NCBI RefSeq assembly: GCF_028368995.1 | Contig: NZ_JAQNDL010000001.1 | Coordinates: 3,904,001 to 3,968,000, forward strand | DNA from: Nannocystis bainbridge | Lineage (GTDB): Bacteria > Myxococcota_A > Polyangia > Nannocystales > Nannocystaceae | DNA length: 64,000 bases | Direction of reading: 5' to 3' | In this document: positions 42,345 to 52,691 of the stretch, in pieces | Layout of the letters: each line of letters begins with the position of its first letter | Numbering within the stretch: position 1 is the first letter of the stretch | Translations under genes and position numbers: made by a program | Notes under the pieces: model-generated | Database searches by the model: none | Told to the model about the DNA's origin: nothing | The model's input: the letters and a program-made list of their open reading frames with translations, nothing else

Positions 42345-43049
42345 ATGACTCGCCTCCTGCTCGTCAGCAACTCCACGCTCCACGGCTCCGGCTACCTCGA
42401 TCACTGCGCCGAGCAGATCGGGCAGTTCCTCGGCCGCGGCGTCACGCGCGTCCTGTTCATCCCGTTCGCGCTGCACGACCGCGACGCCTACGCCGCCCAG
42501 GCGCGGGCCCGCTTCGCCGAGTTCGGCTACCAGCTCGACAGCCTGCACGAGGCCGCCGACCCACGCGCCGCCGTGCAGACCGCCCAGGCCGTGTTCACCG
42601 GCGGCGGCAACACCTTCCGGCTGCTGCGCCAGCTCTATGCGCTCGACGTGCTCGCGCCCCTGCGCGAACGTGTCCTTTCGGACATGCCGTACATCGGCTC
42701 CTCGGCCGGCTCGAACATCGCCGGCCTGACGATCGGCACCACCAACGACATGCCGATCGTCGAACCGCCGAGCTTCCGCGCCCTCGCCCTCGTGCCGTTC
42801 AACCTCAACCCGCACTACCTCGATCCGGAACCCGGGTCGACGCACATGGGCGAGACCCGCGAGAAGCGGATCGAGCAGTTCCACGAGGAGAACCCGCAGC
42901 CGGTGGTGGGCCTGCGCGAGGGCTCGCTGCTGCGGCGCGAGGGTCCGCGGCTCAGCCTGCTCGGCGTCACCGGCGCCCGGATCTTCCGCCGCGATCAGAA
43001 GCCCACGGAGGTGCCACCAGGCGCCGACCTGAGCGATCTGCTCGCCTGA
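42345..43049 (+). CDS. pepE: Dipeptidase E (peptidase S51)
   Basis: LLVSNS, GGGNTFRLL, GSSAGSN, TTNDMPIV, NPHY, HMGETRE.RI. Confidence 0.93.
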   Translation: MTRLLLVSNSTLHGSGYLDHCAEQIGQFLGRGVTRVLFIPFALHDRDAYAAQARARFAEFGYQLDSLHEAADPRAAVQTAQAVFTGGGNTFRLLRQLYALDVLAPLRERVLSDMPYIGSSAGSNIAGLTIGTTNDMPIVEPPSFRALALVPFNLNPHYLDPEPGSTHMGETREKRIEQFHEENPQPVVGLREGSLLRREGPRLSLLGVTGARIFRRDQKPTEVPPGADLSDLLA

Positions 43050-43077
43050 CCGGCGCGACCTCTTTAAAAATTTCGCG

Positions 43078-43662
43078 ATGTCCGCCGTGCACTACCGCGT
43101 CGAGTTCGCCGGACCACGCTTCGTCACCGTCGAGCGCCTCGGCGACGCCCCCCGCTGGTCGCTGCGCATCGACGCCACCGAGGGCCTGGAGTCGCTGCAC
43201 CCGCGCGGGATCGTCCGGGCGCTCGGCGACGACCTCGTGCTGCTCTTCACCGAGGGCGAGCACACCCGCACCGGCGCCGCCCATCACCACAAGATCCACC
43301 GCCTCACCCGCGACGGTCGCCTGTTGTGGTCCCTGTGCGCCCGCCCGGTCGGCGACCCCGTCCTGCACGGCGGCTACCTGCTGATCCCCGCCGCCCCGGT
43401 CGCCCCGCGCACGTCCGGCGACGACCCCCCCGCGCTGCAGCTCCAGCTGCGCGACCCCGAGACCGGGGCCCTCCTCGCCAGCTTTCCGATCCAGCCGCCC
43501 TCGGTCCTGCGCAGCGCCTACCGCCACGCCGCCCGGGCCCTCGGCGCCCACCTCAGCCCCGCTCCTCACGGCGTGCACGTGGCAGTGACCGCCTGGTTCA
43601 CCGGCCCGCTCGCCCCACCCCGCGGCGCGGGCGCCTTCGACGTGCTGCTGGCGCTCGATTGA
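43078..43662 (+). CDS. Hypothetical protein
   Basis: 194-aa ORF with coding codon bias. Confidence 0.6.
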   Translation: MSAVHYRVEFAGPRFVTVERLGDAPRWSLRIDATEGLESLHPRGIVRALGDDLVLLFTEGEHTRTGAAHHHKIHRLTRDGRLLWSLCARPVGDPVLHGGYLLIPAAPVAPRTSGDDPPALQLQLRDPETGALLASFPIQPPSVLRSAYRHAARALGAHLSPAPHGVHVAVTAWFTGPLAPPRGAGAFDVLLALD

Positions 43663-43664
43663 TA

Positions 43665-43720
43665 TGTTTTCAAGGACATGCCCCATGAGACATGTGCAAA
43701 AAATCATGTCCATGCATACC
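43665..43720. repeat. Four phased degenerate 14-bp palindromes (AT-rich)
   Basis: TGTTTTCAAGGACA|TGCCCCATGAGACA|TGTGCAAAAAATCA|TGTCCATGCATACC. Confidence 0.75.
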
Positions 43721-43874
43721 GCCGCTCATGGACGCCCACGCGCGCAGCACCCCGCCGCTCGAAGAACACGGTTACAAACCACAACCTCGCGACCGTGACG
43801 CCGACAGCCCGGTCGTGAGCGCGACAGCCCTGTCGCGGTTGACCGCCCTGCTGGCCGATTGCTAACACCGGGGC

Positions 43875-44567
43875 ATGGCTTCGCTCGGCTCGCGCATCTC
43901 GGTTCTCCTTCTCGCGCTGCTCGGATTCACGGCCCCTGCCGCGGCGTCGATCCCCGTCACCACCGGCGAGTCCGACAGCGACACCTTCCCGGAGACCAGC
44001 GGTGAGCCGCCGCAGCTCATCACCATCGTCCAGCCCACCTCGGGCGACGTGTTCAGCGGCACGCCGGACGCCACCATTCAGTTGATCATCGAGTTCGAGA
44101 CCCTCGACGGCGCCGACATCAAGCTCGACGCGCGCGCCCGCGAGGGCGGCGACGGCCCGTGGACCACCGTGCGCGAGGACGCCTGCCCGGCCGGGCCCTC
44201 GCCCTGCATGCTCGAGATCTCCCTGCCCCCGGCCCTGTACATGCTGTACGCCATCGGCGAGGGCCCCGGCGGCGCCAGCGAGATCGACGTCATCTCCGTC
44301 GAGGTCGTCGAGGCCGCCGCCACCGACACTGACACCACCGACGGCGCGACCGGAGAGACCGAAGCCGCGCCGACCGGCTCCTCGACCGACGACCCCACTG
44401 GCGCCGACTCGACCGGCAGCACCACCGGCGACGGCGCTTCCGCGTCCGGCGGCGACTCGGCCGACGGTGAAAAGGGCTGCGCCTGCAACAGCGGCACGGG
44501 CGGGCCCGACCTGCTCGGCCTCACCCTCGCCCTCCTCTTCATCCCCCGCCTCCGCCGCCGCCGCTGA
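43875..44567 (+). CDS. Secreted Ig-like protein with MYXO-CTERM-type sorting signal
   Basis: Signal peptide; Thr/Asp/Gly linker; C-terminal GCAC..., hydrophobic stretch, RRRR. Confidence 0.8.
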   Translation: MASLGSRISVLLLALLGFTAPAAASIPVTTGESDSDTFPETSGEPPQLITIVQPTSGDVFSGTPDATIQLIIEFETLDGADIKLDARAREGGDGPWTTVREDACPAGPSPCMLEISLPPALYMLYAIGEGPGGASEIDVISVEVVEAAATDTDTTDGATGETEAAPTGSSTDDPTGADSTGSTTGDGASASGGDSADGEKGCACNSGTGGPDLLGLTLALLFIPRLRRRR

Positions 44568-44570
44568 GCA

Positions 44571-44755
44571 CCGAGACCGGCCGGCTCCCGCCGCTCGGCT
44601 CGAGCCCGCCCGAGACCGCCCGAGCTCCCGCTGAGCTCGAGCGCCCGAGACCGACCGGGCTCCCGCCGCTGGGCTCGAGCGCCCGAGACCGCCCGAGCTC
44701 CCGCTGAGCTCGAGCGCCCGAGACCGACCAACCTCCCGCCGCTGAGCGCGAGCCC
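44571..44755. repeat. Alternating 35/38-39-bp tandem mosaic repeat (5 units)
   Basis: CCGAGACCG anchors at 44571, 44610, 44645, 44683 and 44718; the units at 44610 and 44683 are identical. Confidence 0.8.
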
Positions 44756-44820
44756 GCCGACCTTGCCGGAAGTCCCGCGCTCTCTCATCGTCCAGAGCCG
44801 CGCTTCAGAGACGCCGCGGC

Positions 44821-44904
44821 CGCACGCAAGGACATGTCCCATGCAACATGTCCAATCGACAATGTCTCTCAAAACATGCCCGATCGGGCATGCCCGATCA
44901 GTCC
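44821..44904. repeat. Five to six phased degenerate 14-bp palindromes
   Basis: ...AAGGACA|TGTCCCATGCAACA|TGTCCAATCGACAA|TGTCTCTCAAAACA|TGCCCGATCGGGCA|TGCCCGATCAG. Confidence 0.8.
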
Positions 44905-45389
44905 TCCGCGGCGGCGCCGGCGAACTCGCCCCAGCGCGGCAGGTCGAGCATGAGCCCGGCCCTGCGGCAGCGGCCGCGCCACTGGCGGAGGTGCGACTCG
45001 AGCTGGTCGCGTTCGCGCTCGAGCTCGGTCAGCTTCGCCGGCGCCGGCGCCTTGCGGAGCTCCGCCGCGCGGCGCTGGAGCGCCTCCCCGCGGTGGACCA
45101 GCTCGCGGTCGCGCGCCGCCAGCCGCTCGCGCGCCGCGTAGAACCCGTCGGCCGCGCCCGCCTCGTCCTCGTCCTCGTAACTGTCCTGGGGGTCGGCCTC
45201 GTCGACCTCGCGGACCAGCCGCTGCAGCTCCGCGCGCAGGCGTTCGCGCTCGCGCTCGACCTGGGCCACCTGCACCAGCACGGCCGCCCGCGACCCGCGA
45301 AAGTCGCGGGAGATGCTGCGCTCGATCGCCTCGCGCCGGCGCAGCAGCGCCTCGCCGTCGGCCTGCAGCTCGTCCTCGATCGCGTTCAT
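44898..45389 (-). CDS. Hypothetical coiled-coil protein
   Basis: E/R-rich heptads; GAGG RBS upstream. Confidence 0.65.
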   Translation of the reverse strand: MNAIEDELQADGEALLRRREAIERSISRDFRGSRAAVLVQVAQVERERERLRAELQRLVREVDEADPQDSYEDEDEAGAADGFYAARERLAARDRELVHRGEALQRRAAELRKAPAPAKLTELERERDQLESHLRQWRGRCRRAGLMLDLPRWGEFAGAAAED

Positions 45390-45582
45390 CGCCGACCTCG
45401 CGCGCCACCTGTCTTAAAAACCATGTCGGGGGCAACCCCGCGGCGGAGCGGGCGGACGGCGGGAGGGGACGACGCGGACATGACCCTCCTGTTGTAGCGG
45501 ATCTGCCGGCCGAGGGGCGACCACGCGCGGGGCCTTGGGCCCCCGTGGCGCCGTCTGGACCGCTCTGCTATGGGTCCGCGCC

Positions 45583-46452
45583 ATGACGATGCAAGGCAAA
45601 CACGTGCTGATCACGGGCGGCAACACCGGGATCGGCAAGGCCACCGCGGTCGAGCTGGCGCGCATGGGCGCGGCCGTGACGATCACCTCGCGCGACCCGG
45701 CCAAGGGCGAAGCGGCGGTCGCCGACATCAAACGGCTGAGCGGTTCGGGCGCCGTCGAGCTCCTGCGCCTCGACCTCGCCTCGCTGGCGGACGTGCGCCG
45801 GTTCGCCGCCGAGTACCTGGCCACGCACCCGCGCCTCGACGTGCTCATCAACAACGCCGGCCTCGTGCAGTCCGACCGCAGCGAGACGGTCGACGGCTTC
45901 GAGACCACCTTCGGCGTCAATCACCTCGGTCACTTCCTGCTCACGCACCTGCTGCTCGACCGCCTCAAGGCGAGCGCGCCCTCGCGGATCGTGGTGCTCG
46001 CGTCGGGTGCCCACCGCGCGGCCCGCGGCCTCGACTTCGACGATCTGCAGTCCCGCCGCAAGTACCGCGGCCTGCCCGTCTACTGCCGCTCCAAGCTTGC
46101 CAACCTGCTGTTCACCCTCGAGCTCGCGGAGCGCCTGCGCGGCACCGGCGTCACCGTCAACGCCGTCCACCCCGGCGTGGTCGCGTCCGGCTTCGGCGCC
46201 GACGGCGACACCCGCGGCCTCTATCGCTTCCTCTTCGGCCTGGCCCAGCGCTTCATGATCACCCCGGAGCAGGGCGCCCGCACCTCCATCTACGCCGCCA
46301 CCGCCCCCGAGCTCGCGCAGACCAGCGGCCAGTACTTCGAGAAATCGAAGCAGAGCCGCCCCACCCGCTACGCGCTCGACCGCGCCGCCGCCCTCCGCCT
46401 GTGGGAGGTCTCCGAGCAGCTCACCGGCACCAACAAGTCGGCCGCCGCCTGA
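45583..46452 (+). CDS. SDR oxidoreductase (retinol-dehydrogenase-like)
   Basis: TGGNTGIG, LINNAG, NHLGHF, YCRSK, HPGVV. Confidence 0.93.
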   Translation: MTMQGKHVLITGGNTGIGKATAVELARMGAAVTITSRDPAKGEAAVADIKRLSGSGAVELLRLDLASLADVRRFAAEYLATHPRLDVLINNAGLVQSDRSETVDGFETTFGVNHLGHFLLTHLLLDRLKASAPSRIVVLASGAHRAARGLDFDDLQSRRKYRGLPVYCRSKLANLLFTLELAERLRGTGVTVNAVHPGVVASGFGADGDTRGLYRFLFGLAQRFMITPEQGARTSIYAATAPELAQTSGQYFEKSKQSRPTRYALDRAAALRLWEVSEQLTGTNKSAAA

Positions 46453-46611
46453 CCTTCGGGACAGGCCCGCGGGGCCGCGGTCGTCGCCCGCGACATGACC
46501 TTCGGGCCAGGCCGCGCACCCTCACCGGTCCCGAAGACCACCTCCCGAAAGCAGCGAGACCGGACGCGCCCGTGTGGGCTCGTCCGGTCTCGTCGCACCT
46601 GGCCTCGCGGC

Positions 46612-49600
46612 TCAGGAGCGCTCGGAGCCCGATCGCGGTGCCACGTGGGCCTCGGGGGTCACCCGCTGCTCGCGGCGCAGCGTCATCTTGAGGATCGCCG
46701 GCAGCAGGAACATCGTCATCAGCGTCGAAGCGCCGATGCCGAACACCACCGTCGTCGCCAGCGGACGCTGCACCTCGGAGCCGGCGCCGGTGGCCAGGGC
46801 CATCGGCAGGAAGCCCAGCGCCGCGACCGCGCCGGTGGTCAGCACCGCGCGCATCGTGTGCACGGCACCCTTGACCAGCGCCTTGTCGAACGGATGGCCC
46901 TCGTCGATCGCGTGGCGCACGTCGTTCGCCATCACCACCCCGTTGAGCACCGCCACGCCGGCGAGGGCGATGAAGCCGACCGCCGCCGGGATGCTGAACG
47001 CCATGTCGCGGATGATGAGGCCGACGAACCCGCCGATCAGCGCGAACGGCACGATCGCGAACACCGCCGTCGCGTAGCGGATGTCGCCGAAGTTCCAGAG
47101 CAGCATGCCGAAGATCAGCATCAGGCAGATCGGCACGACCACCGCGAGGCGCTTCGACGCGCGCTCGAAGTTCTCGAACTGACCCGACCACTCGATCTTG
47201 TAGCCCGGCGTGATCTGGACCTTCTCGTCGACCGCCGCCTGCGCGTCCGTCACCCACGACAGCAGGTCGCGGCCGCGCAGGTTGACCTCGACGCGGACCA
47301 CGCGGACCCGGTTCTTGCGCCGGATCTGCGCCGGGCCCTCCGCCTCCTCGATCGTCGCCACCTCCGACAGCGGCACGCGGTGGCCGTCGATCGTCTCGAT
47401 GAACAGGTCGCCGAGCGCCTCCGGCACCGGCGCGCGCGGCGGGATCAGCAGCCGCGCGTCGAACCGGCGGATGCCCTCGTAGACCAGGCCGAAGGTCTTG
47501 CCGACCCGCGCGGTCTCGATCGCCAGCAGCGCGTCCTGCATGCTGACGCCGTAGCGGGCCAGGCGGGCCCGGTCCGGCCGCACGGTCAGCTCGGGCATGC
47601 CGAGCACCTGCTCGACGCGGAGGTCGCCGGTGCCTTCGATCGGCCGGATCGCGTCGGCGATCTGGTCGGCGATGTTCTTGAGCTCGAGCAGCTCGTTGCC
47701 GGCGACCACGATCTGGATGTCGGCGCGTGAGCCGGTGATGATCTCGTTGTTGCGGTCCTCGATCGGCTGCGACACCGCGACGAAGGTGCCGGGCACCTGC
47801 GACTCGATGTCGTTCTTGAGGATCACGCTGAGCTCGTCGAGGTCGTGCGCCGTCGACCACTCCTCCTTCGGCAGCAGCGGGATCGTGATCTCGGTCCGGT
47901 CCTTGCCGACCGGCTCGATCGCCACCTCGGCGCGGCCGGTCATCGTCAGCGTCTTCTGGATCTCCGGGTACTGCAGCAGGATCTTCTGCGTCTGATAGTC
48001 GAGGCGCTTGGCCTCCTCGAGGTTGATCGACGGCGGCCGGCGGATGCTGACCACCAGGTCGCCCTCGTCGATGCGCGGCACGAAGTCGGCGCCCTTCTCC
48101 TTGAAGATGTAGCCGGAGATCAGCAGCGCCGCGGCGGCCCCGAGGATCAGCGGCCAGCGCAGGCGGATCGCGTGCGGCACCGCCCGCTTGTAGCCGCGCG
48201 CGATCGGGTTGAGCCAGGTCGCGCCCTCCTTCTTCAGCGGCGGCACGAACAGGGCCAGCAGCGCCGGCAGGAACACCACCGAGTAGACCAGCGCGCCGAA
48301 CAGCGCGAACGCCATCGTCGTCGCCATCGGCTTGAACAGCCGGCCCTCGACCCCTTCGAGGCTGAGCAGCGGGATGTACACCAGCATGATGATGGCCACC
48401 GCGAACGCGACCGGTCGCATCACCACCCCGATGCTGTTCGTGTAGGCCTGCGCCCGCTCCTCGCGGGACATCTGCTGGCCGACATAGGTCGCGATCAGCG
48501 CCTCGAGCACGACGATCGGGCCGTCCACGAGGAACCCGAAGTCGATCGCGCCGAGCGACATCAGGTCACCGGCGATCCCGACCCAGTGCATGCCGAACAG
48601 CGCCACCGACATCGACGCCGGGATGCCGAGCACGCACACGAGCGCGCCGCGGACCGTGCCGAGGAACAGCACCAGGACGATGAACACCACCCCCGCGCCC
48701 TCGGCGAGGTTCTTCAGCACCGTCGCCAGCGTGCGCTCGACGAAGTTCGCGCGGTCGTAGACCGCCTCGATGACCACGCCGGCCGGCAGGTCGGCCTGGA
48801 TCTCCGCCACCCGGTCCTTGACCGCGTAGATGACGTCGCGGCTGTTCGAGCCCAGCAGCATCATGATGATGCCCGCGACCGCCTCGTCCTCGCCGTTGAA
48901 GGTGACGACGCCGTGGCGCAGGGCCGAGCCGTCGCGCACCTCGGCGATGTGGCGGACCAGCACCGGCTGGCCCTCCGAGACCTTGAGGACCACGTTGCCG
49001 ATGTCCTCGATGCTCGTGAACGTGCCGACCGCGCGCAGCGTGAAGCTCTCGGCGGTGCGGTCGATGTAGCCGCCGGACACGATCGCGTTCGAGCCGACCA
49101 GCGTCTCGGACAGCTCGCGGATCGTCAGCCCGTAGGCCGCCAGCCGGTCGGGCTGCACGATCACCTGGTACTGCTTGAGGTCGCCGCCGATCGAGTTGAC
49201 CTCGATGACCCCCGGCACCCCGCGCAGGCGCGGCACGATCTCCCACTCGAGCATCGTCCGCAGCTGCTTGCGCGTGTGGACCGGCGAGCGGACCACGAAC
49301 TGGAAGATCTCGCCGAGGCCGGTCGACAGCGGGGCCAGGATCGGCGTCTGGATCGTCGCCGGCAGGTCGCCTTTGGCCTGCAGCATGCGCTCGAACACCA
49401 GCTGGCGCGCGAACCACGGGTCGGTGCCGTCGCGGAAGACCACCGTGATCGACGAGATGTCGGCGCGGGAGATCGATCGCAGCTCGTCGAGCCCGGGCAC
49501 GCCGTTGAGGGCGTTCTCCATCGGGAAGGTGACGTTGCGCTCGACCTCGAGGGCCGACATGCCGGGGGCCTCGGTGATGACCGTGACCTGGATCGTCGAG

Positions 49601-49725
49601 ATGTCGGGCAGCGCGTCGATCGGCAGGCTCTTGGCCGCGATCGCGCCGGCCACCAGCAACGCGGCGAGCAGGCCCGCCATCAAGAAGCGCAGGCGAATGG
49701 AAATATCGATGAGTGCGCCCAGCAT
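46612..49725 (-). CDS. czcA: CusA/CzcA heavy-metal efflux RND permease
   Basis: LPIDALPD, MSLGAIDFGFLVDG.IV..E, AAVGFIALAGVAVLNG, GSEVQRPLAT. Confidence 0.92.
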   Translation of the reverse strand: MLGALIDISIRLRFLMAGLLAALLVAGAIAAKSLPIDALPDISTIQVTVITEAPGMSALEVERNVTFPMENALNGVPGLDELRSISRADISSITVVFRDGTDPWFARQLVFERMLQAKGDLPATIQTPILAPLSTGLGEIFQFVVRSPVHTRKQLRTMLEWEIVPRLRGVPGVIEVNSIGGDLKQYQVIVQPDRLAAYGLTIRELSETLVGSNAIVSGGYIDRTAESFTLRAVGTFTSIEDIGNVVLKVSEGQPVLVRHIAEVRDGSALRHGVVTFNGEDEAVAGIIMMLLGSNSRDVIYAVKDRVAEIQADLPAGVVIEAVYDRANFVERTLATVLKNLAEGAGVVFIVLVLFLGTVRGALVCVLGIPASMSVALFGMHWVGIAGDLMSLGAIDFGFLVDGPIVVLEALIATYVGQQMSREERAQAYTNSIGVVMRPVAFAVAIIMLVYIPLLSLEGVEGRLFKPMATTMAFALFGALVYSVVFLPALLALFVPPLKKEGATWLNPIARGYKRAVPHAIRLRWPLILGAAAALLISGYIFKEKGADFVPRIDEGDLVVSIRRPPSINLEEAKRLDYQTQKILLQYPEIQKTLTMTGRAEVAIEPVGKDRTEITIPLLPKEEWSTAHDLDELSVILKNDIESQVPGTFVAVSQPIEDRNNEIITGSRADIQIVVAGNELLELKNIADQIADAIRPIEGTGDLRVEQVLGMPELTVRPDRARLARYGVSMQDALLAIETARVGKTFGLVYEGIRRFDARLLIPPRAPVPEALGDLFIETIDGHRVPLSEVATIEEAEGPAQIRRKNRVRVVRVEVNLRGRDLLSWVTDAQAAVDEKVQITPGYKIEWSGQFENFERASKRLAVVVPICLMLIFGMLLWNFGDIRYATAVFAIVPFALIGGFVGLIIRDMAFSIPAAVGFIALAGVAVLNGVVMANDVRHAIDEGHPFDKALVKGAVHTMRAVLTTGAVAALGFLPMALATGAGSEVQRPLATTVVFGIGASTLMTMFLLPAILKMTLRREQRVTPEAHVAPRSGSERS

Positions 49726-49749
49726 GGGGATCGTCTCCTGGGCGCGCGG

Positions 49750-50949
49750 CTAGCGGAACAGCTCGGACTTGAGGGCGAACACTCCCTCGGTGATGATGCG
49801 CTCGCCCGGCTCGAGACCCTTCTTGATCTCGACCAGGTCGGGCCCCTGCGCGCCGATCTCGACGGTGCGCGGCATGACCTGGCGCTCCCCGACCTCGACG
49901 AACACGGTCGGCTTGCCGTCGACCTGCACCATCGCCTTGCGCGGGATCGCCAGCGCCTGCTTGCGCGCCGCGCCCGGCCGGATCCTCGCGTTGACCGCCT
50001 GGCCGACGCGCAGCTTGCCGGCCTCGTTCGGGACCACCACGCGCACCTCGGCGCTGCGGGTCACCGGGTCGAGCACCGTGCTGACGAACGTCACGGTGCC
50101 CGTCAGCACCTCGTCGGGCGTCACCTGCGACGAGATCTCGACCGAGTCACCGACGCGGATGTTGATGACCTCGCCCTCGAACACGCTGAGGCGCACCCAC
50201 AGCGTGCTGCGGTCGGCGATCGTGAAGGCCGTGTAGCTCGGCTCGACCGCCTGGCCGCGGAACACTCGCACGCGGACCACGTCGCCCTCGATCGGCGAGG
50301 TCAGCGACATCACCCCGAGCGACGCGCTGCTCGACGACCCGCCGCCGAGCGCCTGGACCCGCTGCTTGGCCGCGCGCAGCTCGGCGCTGGCGACCGACAC
50401 CTCGGCGCTGGCCAGGTCGGCCGCGCGCTGCGAGGCGATGCCCTCTTGCAGCAGCCGCCGCTTGCGCTCCTTGTCGCGCTCGGCCAGCTCCGCCTTGGCC
50501 ACCACCGCCGAGATCTCGGCCTGGGCCTTGCCGAGCTCCGCGCTGTCGAGCGTCGCCAGGACGTCGCCGGTCTCGACCTTCGTGCCCTCGATGACCTTGA
50601 CCTCTTTGACGCGCCCCGAGATGCGCGAGCCGACCTCGGCGATGCGCAGCTCGTCGAACTCGAGCACGCCGGTCACGTGGACCACCGGCGACACCTCCAT
50701 CATCTCGACCGTGCCGCTCTGCAGCGCCGCCTTCTCGGCGAACACCTCCGGCAGCTTGATCACGCCGTCCTCGAAGTACGGCAGCTCGGGCGGCTTGGTC
50801 GCCGCGTCGGCCTCGGCCGCCTCGCCATGGTTGCAGCCGAGCGGCGTGGCGACCGCGAACACGAACATGAGCACGAAGCAGCGTCGCGCGTGGTCGAGGA
50901 GGATCAGCCAGCGCGAGGCTCGACCGGGGGCAGAGGAATTGCTCATCAC
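49750..50949 (-). CDS. czcB: CzcB-like RND periplasmic adaptor
   Basis: SRISGRV.EV.V.EG..V..GD.L, LTSPIEG.V, LDPVTRS, GLEPGERI.TEG.F.LK. Confidence 0.88.
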   Translation of the reverse strand: MMSNSSAPGRASRWLILLDHARRCFVLMFVFAVATPLGCNHGEAAEADAATKPPELPYFEDGVIKLPEVFAEKAALQSGTVEMMEVSPVVHVTGVLEFDELRIAEVGSRISGRVKEVKVIEGTKVETGDVLATLDSAELGKAQAEISAVVAKAELAERDKERKRRLLQEGIASQRAADLASAEVSVASAELRAAKQRVQALGGGSSSSASLGVMSLTSPIEGDVVRVRVFRGQAVEPSYTAFTIADRSTLWVRLSVFEGEVINIRVGDSVEISSQVTPDEVLTGTVTFVSTVLDPVTRSAEVRVVVPNEAGKLRVGQAVNARIRPGAARKQALAIPRKAMVQVDGKPTVFVEVGERQVMPRTVEIGAQGPDLVEIKKGLEPGERIITEGVFALKSELFR

Positions 50950-51236
50950 GACACGTCCTGGGAGACCTGGAATCCGCGCGCCACACCCGGGCCCGAACGT
51001 GGCGCAGGGCCCGGCGGGACGAGGACGAATCTCGCCCGAAAAGGGCCCTGGGATGGTGTTTCGAACACTATTGCTTACATTACGGAGCCTTCATGTCAAG
51101 GATTCCCCCGCTCCCAAAGCACTTCACACGTGCCGAAACTCTCGGGCCGAACAAGGATCTTGGCAACGCCAGACCCCGCGTGTAAGAGTCCGCGGGCTTG
51201 ACAGCGCGCGACGAACCCGTCCGCACTCCGATTCGC

Positions 51237-52691
51237 ATGCCACGACGCACAGCCTTCTTCGTCCGGACCTCGTCGATGTTCACGCTGGCCGTGGCCGTGA
51301 CCGCAGCGTCGCTCGCCCCCGCGGCCGGAGCCGCGCCCGCCCCCGCCCCCGCGCGCAAGACCGGCGACCCGCCGGCACCGCTGCTCGCGCCGGCGCCCGA
51401 GCCGAGCCAGTCGATCCCCGAACCCGTCGTCGCCGGGGCCCAGGTGCTGCCGCTCGACGCCATCCTCAAGCACGCCGAAGAGAACGCGATGCCGGTCCGC
51501 GCCGCGCGCACGCGGCTCGAGCTCGGCGACGCCGCGATCACCGGCGCCAAGCCGCTGCTGATCGACAACCCGCAGCTGTACCTCGGCATGGGCGCGCGCA
51601 TGAACCCCGCGTACACGGACGACACGCAGTTCGAGCTGCAGGCCACGCTGCAGCAGCCGATCGAGATCGGCCGCGAACGCAGCCTCCGCATCAAGGCGGG
51701 CCGCGAGTACCGCGAGTTCCTCGACAAGGAGCTGGCGCAGGTCCGCTGGACCACCCACGCGCAGGTCCACTACGCCTACAACACGGCGCTGATCGCCAAG
51801 GAGCGCGCCCGCACCGCCTCGCGCACGCAGCAGTTCGCCGAGCGCCTCCTCGACATCGCCAGCCGGCGCCAGCAGGCCGGTGAGATCTCGCGCCTGCGCG
51901 TGCGCGTGGCCGAGGGTGAGCTGGCGCGCGCCCGCCAGAGCAAGCTGGCCGCGGACCTCAACTTCCGCCTGGCGTGCATCCACCTGGCCGAGATGGCCGG
52001 CTGGCCTTCGGGACAGCTCATCGCCCCGGCCGGCGAGCTCGGCGACCCGATCAAGGTCCGCGACCCCGAGGACCTGATCGCCAACGTGCAGAAAGAGCAC
52101 CCCGCGCTCAAGACCCGGGAGGCGCAGGTCGAGCTCGGCGAGGCCCGCGCCAAGTCGGCCAAGCGCGACCGCCTGCCCGAGCCGTGGGTCGGCGTCTACG
52201 TCGGCCGCGAGCGCGAGCCGGGCCTGATGGAGAACATGCCGGCCTCGCGGATCGTGCTCGGCATGATCACGATCCCGCTGCCATTCTTCAAACGCAACCA
52301 GCTGGCGCGGGCCCAGACCCGAGCCGAGCTGAGCGTCGCCAACACCGAGCTCGAGGTCACGCGCTACCAGCTGGCGATGAACGCCCGCCGGGCGGTCGAC
52401 GCCATCAACACCGCGGCCGAGCGCGTGCGCACCTACTCGCGCGAGGTCGTGCCGCGCTTCGAGGAGAACCTGCAGCTGCTGCAGCGGGCCTTCGAGCTCG
52501 GCGAGGTCGACATCATCGAGGTGTTCGTCGCCCGCGAGAATTTCTTGCGGATCCAGACCGAGGCGCTCGACGCCTACGGCACCTACTTCGACGCCATGTA
52601 CACGCTCGAGACGATCATCGGCTCGGAGGTGAGCACCCTCGTCTCGCCCGGCCCGACTCGCTCGAGCGCCCCGCCCGCGACCCTCCGCTGA
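51237..52691 (+). CDS. czcC: TolC/CzcC-family outer-membrane efflux protein
   Basis: Two OEP repeats (LQQPIEIG, IPLPFF.RNQ, FELGEVDII.V); start uncertain. Confidence 0.8.
   Translation: MPRRTAFFVRTSSMFTLAVAVTAASLAPAAGAAPAPAPARKTGDPPAPLLAPAPEPSQSIPEPVVAGAQVLPLDAILKHAEENAMPVRAARTRLELGDAAITGAKPLLIDNPQLYLGMGARMNPAYTDDTQFELQATLQQPIEIGRERSLRIKAGREYREFLDKELAQVRWTTHAQVHYAYNTALIAKERARTASRTQQFAERLLDIASRRQQAGEISRLRVRVAEGELARARQSKLAADLNFRLACIHLAEMAGWPSGQLIAPAGELGDPIKVRDPEDLIANVQKEHPALKTREAQVELGEARAKSAKRDRLPEPWVGVYVGREREPGLMENMPASRIVLGMITIPLPFFKRNQLARAQTRAELSVANTELEVTRYQLAMNARRAVDAINTAAERVRTYSREVVPRFEENLQLLQRAFELGEVDIIEVFVARENFLRIQTEALDAYGTYFDAMYTLETIIGSEVSTLVSPGPTRSSAPPATLR

Noticed and set aside
44571-44755. 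CRISPR array
   Set aside because: Intervening sequences are homologous to one another; there are no unique spacers.
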